Assembly (NCBI RefSeq): GCF_044704955.1
Contig: NC_091979.1
Span: forward strand, 259,036,001 to 259,100,000
Origin: Pristiophorus japonicus
Taxonomy: Eukaryota
Direction of reading: 5' to 3'
DNA length: 64,000 bases
Below, piece by piece: positions 25,689 through 37,069 of this stretch. The first letter of the stretch is position 1. Each line of letters opens with the position of its first letter. A program made the translations under genes and the position numbers. The notes beneath the pieces were generated by a model. It saw only the letters and a program-made list of their open reading frames with translations, was not told where the DNA came from and ran no database searches.

Positions 25689-26824
25689 GACTCCTGAACT
25701 ATTTTGATAACTTCTTACTAGGTCTTAGCACATTGTTAGAACCCCTTCACTCTTTACTGCGTAAAGGAGATGAATGGGTATGGGGCAAAAGCCAAGAAAA
25801 TGCCTTTGAGAAAGCTAGGAAGCTGTTATGTTCAAACAAATTGCTTGTGTTGTACGATCCATGTAAACGTTTTGTACTAGCGTGCGATGCATCGTCATAC
25901 GGGGTCGAGTGTGTATTGCAACAAGCTAATGAATTTAGGAAAATGTAACCAGTTGCTTATGCATCCAGAAGTCTGTCTAAGGCCGAGAGGGCCTACAGTA
26001 TGATTGGAAAAGAAACGTTAGCGTGTGTTTACGGGGTAAAGAAAATGCATCAATATCTGTTGGGGCTCAAATTTGCATTGGAAACCGACCATAAGCTGCT
26101 TATATCCCTCTTTTCTGAAAGCAAGGGGATAAATACGAATGCATCGGCCTGCATCCAGAGATGGGCGCTCACGTTGTCCGCATACAACTACGCCATCCGC
26201 CACAGGCCAGGCACAGAAAACTGTGCTGATGCTCTCAGTAGGCTACCATTGCCCACCACCGGGGTGGAGATGGCACAGCCTGCAGATTTAGTTATGGTAA
26301 TGGAAGCATTCGAGAGTGAGCAATCACCTGTTACTGCCCAACAGATTAGAACCTGGATGAGCCAGGACCCCTTACTGTCCTTAGTAAAAAAAACTGTGTG
26401 CTCCACAGGAGTTGGTCTAGTGTCCCGTTAGAGAGGCAGGAAGAAATAAAGCTGTACCAGTGGCGCAAAGATGAAATGTCTATACAGGCAGACTGCCTCC
26501 TTTGGGGTAATCGGGTAGTTGTGCCAAAAAAGGGCAGGGGCACTTTCATTAGTGATTTCCACAGTACCCACCCAGGCATTGTAATGATGAAAGCGATAGC
26601 CAGATCCCACGTGGGGTGGCCCGGTATCGATGCAGACTTAAGAGTCCTGCGTGCACAAATGTAATACATGTTCCCAGTTAAACAATGCACCCAGGGAGGC
26701 GCCACTATGTTTATGGTCTTGGCCCTCCAAACCTTGGTCTAGGGTTCATGTCGACTATGCAGGCCCATTCTTGGGAAAAATGTTTTTAGTGGTTGTAGAT
26801 GCATACTCCAAGTGGATTTAATGT

Positions 26825-27691
26825 GTGAGAATGTTGGCAAGCACGTCCGCTGCCACCATTGAAAGCCTACGGGCCATGTATGCCATGCATGGCCTGCCTG
26901 ATGTCCTTGTAAGAGACAATGGGCCGTGCTTTACCAGTGCCGAATTCAAGGAATTCATGATCCGCAATGGGGTCAAACATGTCAAGTCTGCCCTGTTTAA
27001 GCCAGCGTCCAATGGTCAGGCAGTTCAAACAATCAAGCAGAGCTTGAAAAGGGTAACTGAAGGCTCACTGCAAACTCACTTATCCCGAGCCCTGCTTAGT
27101 TACCGCACAAGACTCCACTCACTCACCGGGGTCTCTCCCGCTGAACTGCTCATGAAAAGGGCACTTAAGACAAGGCTCTTGTTAGTCCACCCTGATCTAC
27201 ACGAACAGGTAGAGAGCAGACGGCTTCAACAGAATACATATCATGATCGCGCAAATGTGTCACACGAAATTGAAGTAAATGATCCTGTATTTGTGTTGAA
27301 TTATGGACAAGGTCCCAAGTGGATTGCTGGTACTGTTTTGGCCAAAGAGGGGAGTAGGGTGTTTGTGGTCAAACTCTCAAATGGACTCACCTGCAGAAAA
27401 CACTTGGACCAAACCAAACTCAGATTTACAGACTATCCAGAACAACCCACAGTAGACTCCACCTTTTTTGACCCTCCAACACACACACAAGTGGCAACCG
27501 ACCCAGCTGTTGACCATGAAGTGGAACCCATCACCCGCAGCAGCCCAGCAGGACTCACCACTCCCAGCAGTTCAGCAAGGCCAGCTGCGCAGCAGCCCAG
27601 CGAAGGCCCAACAAATGACTCACCAGCATCAGCATTTGCATCAAGACAATCAACCAGGGAAAGGAAGGCCCCGGATCGACTCACAATGTAA
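26825..27691 (+). pseudogene. Gypsy integrase core and C-terminal fragment
   Basis: HGLPDVLVRDNGPCF, ASNGQAVQ (the ERA of 510-1439 is missing), SPAELLM. Confidence 0.88.
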
Positions 27692-28044
27692 ATAGTTACA
27701 CTATTGACTTTGTGGGGGAGTGTTGTTATGTATGTAAACCTGTAATTACCATGTCTAACCATCAGAGGACTTATCCTGTGGAGTCCCAAGGAAACCCACA
27801 ATCCCTTGGGAGCACCTGTCTATAAGGAGGCCTCACAGACTGGAGAGGCACTCTGAGATCTGTAATAAAGGACTACAGTCATACTTTGAGCTTGCAGTAT
27901 CTAATCTGACTCCTTATCCAAGACGTAACAAATACTAAAGGAAAAAAAGTATTCTGTCTCTGTACAAGGCCTTGATCAGGTTGCATCTACAACAATTTCA
28001 ATTGTATCTTGATTGGGTGCCCTTGCTAACGTATGTGTATGTAT

Positions 28045-28571
28045 GACCTGCGAGGAACTATCAGCAACAGGTCGGGGCCTTAAAAGGAGGAGCAGCATGG
28101 CGGCATACCATTACAAGGTACAGCACGAGCCGGTCCGGCAGGGCGATGGCTGTAAAAAGGGCAACTGGATTGGATGTCACCATAATCCAGGTTGCTAATT
28201 GGAGCATGGGCAGGTACAGCAGGAGTGGCGGGAAATTGCAGAGCAATGTGATCGGGGCCCAGGAGAGGCATGAGTTCAGGGCCCAGGGGCAGCACAGCCA
28301 GCCCACACTGTGATATGTGTGCGCTCTCGATCCATGCAACAGAGCTGGTCTCCAGGCATCTTGGTTAATCCTTGCCACTGGACCAAAACCTAGCTCTGTC
28401 AAGCCCGTGTGGTGGCTGGTGTGCAACAGCCACCACACATTAAAAAAATCCACCCTTCAATATGTAGTTCGGGACCTGGAATATTAGGTCCTTCATTGAA
28501 ACACCTGTGAACTCATCCCTTTTTGGTGTGGAAGCAAGTCATCCGTCATATGAGGGACCACCTAAGAAGAA
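28045..28571 (+). mobile_element. RTE-tailed short retroposon, TSD GTATGTAT
   Basis: GTATGTAT at 28037-28044 and 28572-28579. 3' end ggaagcaagtcatc...gagggaccacctaagaagaa. Confidence 0.8.
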
Positions 28572-28811
28572 GTATGTATTAAATGTAATGTCAGGTTGCA
28601 AAATTGTGCAAGGGTTTGGCATAGTTGAAAAGTAAATGTGGTACAGGTTGATTGGCATTACTTTGTAACATAAAATCTTGGTCCATTTACCTGGTGTTGG
28701 GTACTCTTACCAGGCTCCTTAAAGTGTGCCACCTCCTATGTCTCTTCCCATGGCCTGTAAGTACTGTAGACTGCACTGAGCCTGCCAGACATGTACACTC
28801 CATACAAGGAA

Positions 28812-29370
28812 TACTGTGAGGAAACACCAGCGGTAGGTTGGGGCCATAAAAGGCGAGTGACGAGCGGCCCCTGGACAGCGTGGAGGCATACCACTTCAGG
28901 GAGTAGCGCGAGCTGGTGCAAGAGGGTGATGGCAGTGAAGAGGGCGACTGGACTGGACGTCATCAAGGTCCAGGTCGGTGATTGAAGCGTGGGCAGGTAC
29001 TGCAGGAGCGGTGGGGTCGGGATGAAGGAGCGACGTGATCGGGGCCCAGCAGAGGGGAGGGCCCTGGGCTAGCATAGTCCAGACTACACTGCGATATGTG
29101 TGCACACTAGGTCCGTGCAGCAGACCTGGTCTCCAGTCATCTTGGTTAATCCTTGCCACTGGACCAAGACCTAGCTCTGTCAAGCCCGTGTGGTGGCTGA
29201 TGTGCAACGGTCACCATATATTAAAAAAATAGATGCACAGGTATCTTCCACCCTTTAACATGTAGTTCGGGACCAGGAATATCAGGTCCTTCATCAAAAC
29301 ACCTGTGAACTCATCCCTTTTTGGTGTGGAAGCAAGTCATCCTCAATACAAGGGGCCACCTCAGAAGAAG
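28812..29370 (+). mobile_element. RTE-tailed short retroposon, TSD ATACAAGGAA
   Basis: ATACAAGGAA at 28802-28811 and 29371-29380. (AAG)n tail. Homologous to 28045-28571. Confidence 0.85.
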
Positions 29371-30024
29371 ATACAAGGAAACTCTCCTCATGCCAACTCA
29401 TGCACCAGCACATTCACTTCATCAGAGAACTTATGTTAAACCTTGGTTAGACCACAGTAGAATACTGTGCACAGTTCTGGTCTATTACAAAACAGTTATA
29501 GAAGCACCGGAGAATGTGCAATAAAGATTTACAAGGATGATACCAGAACCGAGAGAGTACAACCAACAAGAAAGACTGAACAGGCTAGGCTCTTTTGTCT
29601 AGACAATAGGGTAACCTAATAGAGGTCTTTAAAATTATAAAGGGATTCACCAGGACGTGGAGAATATGCTTACACTTGTGGGAGAGTCCAAAACTAAGGA
29701 ACATAAATATAAGATAGTCACTAATTAATCCAATAAAGAATAAAGGAGAAACTTTATTTTTCCCCAGAGAGTGGTTCGAATGTGGAACTTGCTACCACAT
29801 AGAGCAGTTAAGGCAAATAGCAAAGATGCATTTAGTAGGAAGCTAGATAAGTACATGAGCGAGAAAGGAATAGAATGATGTGCAGATAGGGTCAGATGAA
29901 ATGGGGAGGGGGGGGGGGAGTGGGGGGAGGAGGCTCATGTAGAGCATAAACATCAGCACTGACCAATTGTGCCGTATGGCCTGTTTTTGTGCTGTAAATT
30001 CCATGAAATAACAACTAGCATAGT

Positions 30025-32110
30025 AAATTGAACCAAGGCGCTTCACAAAATTTGACACTGAACCACATTAGAAGATATTAGGACAGGTAACCAAAGGCTT
30101 AGTCAAAGAGGTAGGTTTTCAGGAGCATCTTAATGGAGGAGAGATGGAGAGGTTTAGGGAGGGAATTCCAGAGCTTAGGGCCTAGGCAGCTGAAGGTATG
30201 GCTATGAAGGCTGGAGCAAAGAATATCAGGGAAGCACAAGAGGTCAGAATTGGAGGCGAGCAGAGATTTTAGAAGAATGTAGGACTGGAGGAGGTTACAG
30301 AGATAGGGAGGGGTAAGGGAAGGGAAGGAATTGAATAGAGTAAGAATTTTAAAATTGAGACATTGCCAGGCTGGGAGCCAATGTAGATCAGTGAGCACAA
30401 AGTTGAAGGGTGAATGGGAATTTGTGCAAATTAGGATAAGGATAACAGAGTTTTGGATGAGCTCAAGTGTACGGAGAGTGCAAGGCTTGCTGCAAGAGCA
30501 TTGGCATAGTCTGGTCTAGAGGTAACAAAGATATGGATGAAGGTTTCAGCAGCAGATGAGCTGAGATAGGGGCAGAGACGGGCAATGTTATGGAGGTGGA
30601 AGTAGGCAGTCTTGGTGATGGAGAAGATATGGGGTCAGAAGCTCAGCTAACAAATAAGACACCAAGGTTGCAAACAGTCAGATTCAGCCTCAGACAGTGG
30701 CCAGGGAGAGGGATGGAGTCGGTCGTTAGAAAAAGGAGTTTGTGGTGAGTTCAAAGACAATGGCTTCGATCTCCCCAATATTTAATTGGAGGTAATTTCT
30801 GCTCATCCAATACTGGATTTCTAACAAGCAGCATGACAATTTAGAGACAGCGGACGGGTCGAAAGAAGGGGTGGTGAGGTAGAGCTCGGTGTTGTCAGTG
30901 TGCATGTGGAACCTGACATCATGTTTTTTGGATGAAGTCGCCGAGGGGCAGCATGTAGATGAAAAATAGGAGGGGGCCAAAGATTATTCCTTGAGGGACA
31001 CCAGAGTTAATGGTGTGGGACCAGGAGGATTCTCTGGCTATAACTGTCGCAATGGAACCAGGTGAGGGGAGTCCCACCCAGCTGGACAACGGTTGAGAGG
31101 CGTTGAAGGAAGATGGTATGGTCAACCACGTCAAAGACTGCAGAGAGGTTGAGAAAAATGAGAGATACCATGGTCGCAGTAATGTAGGATATAATTTGTG
31201 ACATTGATAAGGGCAATTTTACTGCTGTGGCAGGTGCAGACACCTGATATGAGGGGTTCAAATATGAAGTTGTGGGAAAGATGGCCATGGATTTGGGAGA
31301 CAACAACACATTTAAGGACTTTGGAAAAGGGAGTTTGGAGATGGGGTGGTTGTTTGGAATGACAGAGGAGTGGGTTTTTTGAGGAGGGGGTGATGATGGC
31401 AGATTTGAAGGAGAGGGGACAGTGCCTGAGGAGAAGGGACCCGTCCTTAACAATATCAGCTAATATGGGGGGTCAAGAAGGGAAGTTGGGCAGTCAGCAG
31501 TTTGATGGGAATAGGGTTAAGGGAGCAGGAGGTGGATCTCATTGACAAGATTAGCTCAGAGAGGGCATGAGGGGAGATAGGAGAGAAACTAGAGAAAGAT
31601 ACAAGTTCAGGGCTAGTGTATGGTGGAACCTTAGGGGAAGTTTGGCTTCGTGGGTTAGGGGAAGGGACAGAAGTCGCAGAGGAACCTGAATGGATCATCT
31701 CAATCTTAGTAACAAAGAAGTTCACAAGCTCCTTGGATTTGTTGGAGGTGAGGATAGAGGGGGCAGGGGAGAGGGGTTTAAGTAGACAGTTTATAGCGGA
31801 GAAGAGAAGCCAGGGGTTACCTTTGCATTGCTTTATATGGTCCAGTCAGATCTGGGGATGAATGGCTAAACCAGTTGTCCTCTATGAATGTTCAAATCTG
31901 CATCTTAAGGGAACAGAGATGGGGGCCATATTGGGGGAACAACCAGAGTGAGAGAGAGTAATGGTTTTAATGGGGACAAGGGCACTAAATATGGAGGTGA
32001 TGGTGTGATTGACAAGATGGGTAGCTGCAAAAATATTGTAGCGAATGAAAGGCCAATAGCTAGCTGGGAATTTGAAAGTGCCATTGTAAGTGATTTGAGG
32101 GAAAGTTTTT
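30025..32110 (-). mobile_element. L2 LINE, decayed ORF2
   Basis: [62 protein letters not shown]...FKIL. Confidence 0.85.
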
Positions 32111-32792
32111 TCCAGGGGCGAACACAAAATTGTGTGTCCAGTTTTGGTCCCCTCACATATAATACATTTTGTATCACATGATAATGCTCCATTCTGATAA
32201 AACAATGTATCCTGCTACTTACCCGTGAATAATGCCATGGGAGAGATGCCAGTAATACATATGGCACTATTTGAACCCTTCTACTAAGTACCCATCTTGT
32301 AACTCTATCCACGCAAACATAAACATAATGGCTACCGTTGATTTAATAACTCAACAAGTTGTCCTTTATTGTGAGATCACTTATCAGGCAATCCCTTTTC
32401 TGAAACATTAAACATGATTAGCTGAAGAGCCCTCACATATGAGATAATAGTTTTGCCTATTGTCTGCTAAATACACCAGAAAATTGGTCTGGGTATTATC
32501 CCTGGAACCAGACCAATTAAAAAAAATGTTATTGTACATCTCATTCCTACTGTTGCTATAACATTTCAGTACAGACAACAAGTATGGTGAATTGCTTTTG
32601 TTTCAATAACTTTCTCAAATGAAAATTATATATGAGGTTACTCATTGCTTTTTGCATAATGAAAATTGCTTCCCCACCCCCCCTCCCCACCCCCCACCCG
32701 GTCCCCCACACACAGCCTTTTTAGTGCTATTAATTCATATTGAATTTTTAAATTGAACTTGTATTCTGCAATGATAAAAAAAGGACTATATC

Positions 32793-32948
32793 AAATAAAA
32801 CCAGAAAATGCTGGAAATCTCAGCAGGTCAGGCAGCATCTGTAGAGAGGAAGCAGAGTTAACGTTTTGAGTCAATGACCCTTTGTCTGAACTGGAGAATG
32901 TTTGAAAAGAACAGATTCTTAACAAGCACTGAAAGGGGAGGGGAAGAA
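32793..32948 (-). mobile_element. Penelope-like element terminal fragment
   Basis: Minus strand ...agggtcattgactcaaaacgttaactctgc...cagatgctgcctgacctgctgagatttccagcattttc resembles the remembered elasmobranch Penelope end. Confidence 0.55.
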
Positions 32949-33039
32949 GGATTATATTAAATTAAACAGTACAAGAAAAAATCATAAAACAAATTAAATC
33001 ATCACTATATAGCAGTAAAATTATTTTTCCCTTGTAATA

Positions 33040-33390
33040 TTTTTCCCTCTTGCTCTGGTTGCCTCATATGCATATAGTTCCATGGTGGAAGTTGCCATTT
33101 GGTATTTTGTCTAAGTGGCTATCATTCATGTATAAGCCTTGACAGCTGGAAAGCTATATAAATGTGGAAAATGTCACAGTTGAGGCCAATCCTAACCTCA
33201 TCTGGCATCTACAGATGCATACTACCAGTAGGGCTGCTGTATAGTGCCCAGGGTTTGGAACACTGGCCAATTTTCCTCTTTCACTAACCCAGGGCACAGT
33301 TTGGCCAGTTGTAGTAGTCCTACCAGCACCTCAGCTGCGATCACATAATTCAGTACAAATTCGAATCAAAGCTGAAACTTTTCTCGTCAA
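33040..33390 (-). repeat. Old SINE-like repeat
   Basis: Diverged but colinear with 46815-47150. Confidence 0.45.
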
Positions 33391-33413
33391 TATAGATTAG
33401 AGACAGAGATTTC

Positions 33414-34040
33414 GGCTTAGAAATTGGTTCACGCGGTGCGAACTGGGGACGATCACTTTGGCGGAATGGGTAGACTCAAGGCACATCCAATATTGGACCT
33501 CAGATCTCATTTATATGAGACCGGTGAACTGCGGATGCCTGCTTGTCATCCCCAGGCAGCAAAGCAGATTTAAATTTCGGGCCACTACATCGATGACGAT
33601 AGCCCTGGGGGACGGGGCTCGGGTGCAACGGTCTTGCTGTGGAGTCGGAAGCTCCTCCCAGTTCCACACGCAGAAAAGTGCTTTAAAAAAAATCTTACGA
33701 TTTTTGGTGGCGCCCTCCAGTGTTCACTTTAAGTACCGCTGGTTAGGCCATATGGCGACCTGGTTTTCCGGAACACGGCTGGCCTCGTACAAGCAGCATC
33801 CAGGGCAGACCATTTTCGGGAAGAGGACGTGAAGCAGGTGCTAGGTCTCTTATTTGCAAATGCAAAGGGTCTAGCATCTGTTTCAGTGACAGGTGCTGGA
33901 CACCACTTGTTTTGCCTTCACCAACATATCGGGTGACACTCTTCTGGCGCAAAATTGGGCGCATATGCCGCCCACCATATTGGACACTTAGGCGTATGTT
34001 TAACACCTGTAAAACGGGCGTGCTTTCAATGGCAATCTTA
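33414..34040. mobile_element. GC-rich non-autonomous DNA element (Harbinger-related)
   Basis: Starts ggcttagaaattgg and shares a segment with 21795-21862. Right terminus degenerate. Confidence 0.45.
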
Positions 34041-35509
34041 CCTTTTAGCTTGGAGCACCACTACAGCATTTATTAAGAGTTAAATCTTGATTATTTTTGG
34101 AGGATGTACCAACATGCCATGCCATTTATATTGTGTCGTGTACAGTTCCTCATTGCAACAGTTCTTCCCTCCCTTCGATTTCACTACCAGTGGGCACCCC
34201 CGGGTATAGAATGTTTTATAGATACTGATAACAACGTTATAATTTAGTTGGGAAGGTTCGTTTTGCCTTTGTTGGGCTTCTTTTGGTTAGGTCCATCAAA
34301 ATAGCTCCCTCCCGGCCACCTCCACCTCCCTTCAGCCAGCTACCGTTCTGCTAAAATTTGCGGTTTCTTCAGTGGACATGTGCCTAGCTGCATCTCAAGT
34401 GGCTGCCACTGCCATTCAAATTAAAAAGCTTCCCTTTGACTCCACAAACTTTGCCGGATTTAACAGCAGAAGTCCCAGGTGAGCGAATCGCAGCACTTCT
34501 GTCAAGATGTGCCCTTCCCCTGTCCCCATGGACTTTCGGCTCCCAAGATCTGTGTACCAATCGATCGGACCAAGCATCTGCTTTGAACATTTTGCATTCA
34601 TTGCAAACCCTCATGGGATATATTAGTACTTTTGCATTCCTATTGTGTTACCCTGGGTTTCCACGATCTATTTTCTACACTGTTACACTCTACAGCTATA
34701 TTGGCCCCAGACAAACTGTCCTGCGGCCGCTGCTATTATAGCTTAGAGTACACATGATATATGATGCCTTGGAGCCTTGAAACCCTACCACCCCGAGAAG
34801 GGCGTGCATGTCATGTATTTAGAAGTGTTTACCTAATCCCCATGGAAAATTCGGGCGATTGCTTTAATTGTTCCATGATTTGTTCTCAAGATTTACGCGT
34901 GGAGTATAATTTGGACTCTGCTTATGGGAACTTAACTAAACAGGACAATGCTTGAACCATCTGTTATCTTGCCGTTTTGTCTGACCAGCGGCAGATGCCA
35001 CCGTTATTTACTCAACAGCCATTTGACAATTGATGAGAGGTCGTCATTTCAACCCCACCTGACTTTCACTGTTCTTTTCTTCAGCACAAATCGGACTAAA
35101 CGTGAAGCCAATCGCTTATCTGTGGGTTTATTGTGTCGATGTTGAATCGGGGGCAATGCCGCTAGTCTGGCGTTTTATAATAAAACTAAAGGCTTCCCAT
35201 GATAATTTACTTTTTGTTAACTTTGGTAAGGCTCCGCAGCTTGGCTTTAAATTTGGAATTAATTCATTACGCGGGGAAAACAGGTTAACAAGGGGAACCA
35301 CAATCTGCCAGGTTCTGAAATAATTTCCTATTTATAGTGAAATAAGATAGGAGTCGTGCCGATGTAGAACAGCAATCCGCTTTTAACTTATATTTTAAAG
35401 TGCAACATGATAATACACTTTAACTATGTTTCCATAAACATCGAAGCTCTTTAAACCTGCTCAGAAGGTTATTGTACTCTAATATGTATAAGAAATAGAT
35501 ATAATGAGG

Positions 35510-37068
35510 CTTTCGATGGGAAAGTGAGCTATGAGGAGGATGCAAAGGGATACAGACAGGTTAAGTGAGTGGGCAAGAAACTGGCAGATGGAGTATAATG
35601 TAGGGAAATGTGAAATGATCCACTTTGGTAGAAGAATGGAAAAGCAGAATATGTTTTAAAAGGTATACAGAGGGATTTAGGTGTCCTTGTTCACGAATCA
35701 CAGAAAGTTAACAAGCAGGCAGGTACAGCACACAATTATGAAGGCAAATGCTATGTTAGCCTTTATTGCAAGGAAGTTGTTGTAAGGACGTCTTGCTGCA
35801 ATATAGGGCTTTGGTGAGACCGCACCCTGAGTACTGTGTACAGTTTTGGTCCCCTTATCTAAGGAAGGACATACTTGGTGGGGGTGCAATGAAGGTTCAC
35901 TAGATTGATTCCTGGGATGTGAGGGTTGTTCTATGAGGAGAGATTGAGTAGCATGGGCCGATACTCTCTGGGGTTTAGAAGAATGAGGGGTGATCTCATT
36001 GAAACATATATGGGCCAAAATTGTCTCTTTTTAATAGCCCCGTTAGCACATTTTGGGGGGCACTAACAGGGCACAATGGTGTTTTTGCCCAGGGGAGGGG
36101 GGCACTAGCACCTCCAGGGAAATTGCTCAGAGGTTTGGGGCGGGGGTGGGGTTGCTGTCCCGGCAGCTCCGTGTCCCTGGATTAGCAATCTGGGCCGAAG
36201 CGCAACTGGCAATGATGTCATCGCTGTGCACACCAACCCTCACTGCCCTGCGCCAACCCTTTGCGCCTGTGGGGGAAATTGCTTCACAAGCCACGAAGCT
36301 GGCATGGGCGGATATCAACCGGGGTGCCCCTTAAAGGGGAGGCCTTCAGCGACCCGGGCCACCATTTTTAATTGTCGGCTGACTCTTGCGTCGGCCCGAC
36401 AATGGCAGCCATCGTGTCGACTGGATCGCCATCGTGCAACATTCCATTATGGGCGCCGAGCTGTTGGCCTGGTCGATCGCCTCCCTGGTGGCCATCAAAG
36501 GCCCCGCAGAGTGCGCAGCGGCCCTCCACTTTAATTAAAGGGGAGGAGTGCTGTTAGCGCTATGCAGAGCATTCAGCGCCACGCTCCCACCCCGAGAATG
36601 CCTGCTCAAAGGAAGCTCCATAACCTTTGAAGCGCACATGTCCCCATTCCGCGCGGGGCAGGACTTGCGGGCCAGGTGCAGGAAGTCGCGGCCCCCAATC
36701 CAGGCAAGGGGCAATTTCAGGGCCTACATTCTTAGAGAGCTTGAGAGATAGATGCTGAGAGGCTGTTTACCCCAGCTGGAGAGTCTAGGACTAGTTTCAG
36801 GATAAGGGGTCGGCCCTTTCCGACTGAGATAAGGAGAAATCTCTTCACTCTAATGATTGTGAATCTTTGGGATTCTCTACCCTAGAGGGCTAGAGAAGTT
36901 GAGTCTCTGAGTATATTCAAGGCTGAGATCAATAGATTTTGGGACTCAAAGGAGATGGTGATTGCGCGGGAAAGTAGAGATGAGGTCGAAGATCAGCCAT
37001 GATCTTATTGAAATGGCAGTGTCGGGGGGCCTTACGGCCTACTCCTGTTCCCATTTCTTATGTTCTTA
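35510..37068 (+). mobile_element. CR1 3' fragment interrupted by a MITE
   Basis: gacaggttaagtgagtgggcaag...tggcagatggagtataatg, gatctcattgaaacata, tail cctactcctgttcccatttcttatgttctta. Confidence 0.85.
36012..36724. mobile_element. Harbinger-type MITE
   Basis: Ends gggccaaaattg and gcaatttcagggcc. Splits the CR1 at gaaacatata|cattcttag. Flanks TAT/TAC. Confidence 0.72.
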
Positions 37069-37069
37069 G

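Larger units (their letters stand above)
23502..27930 (+). mobile_element. Full-length Gypsy LTR retrotransposon (about 4.4 kb), TSD AATAC
   Basis: 5' LTR 23502-23712 and 3' LTR 27724-27930. AATAC at 23497-23501 and 27931-27935. PBS tggcgacgag; purine tract gggggag. Gag, protease (LDTG), RT (WASPIV, DYK, FQDD), RNase H (ACDAS, TDHK, ADALSR) and integrase all present but disrupted. Confidence 0.96.
27996..30005 (+). mobile_element. Composite repeat: unknown 5' part joined to a CR1 3' end, with two internal retroposon insertions
   Basis: After removing 28045-28571 and 28812-29370, colinear with about 51625-52535. Confidence 0.75.
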
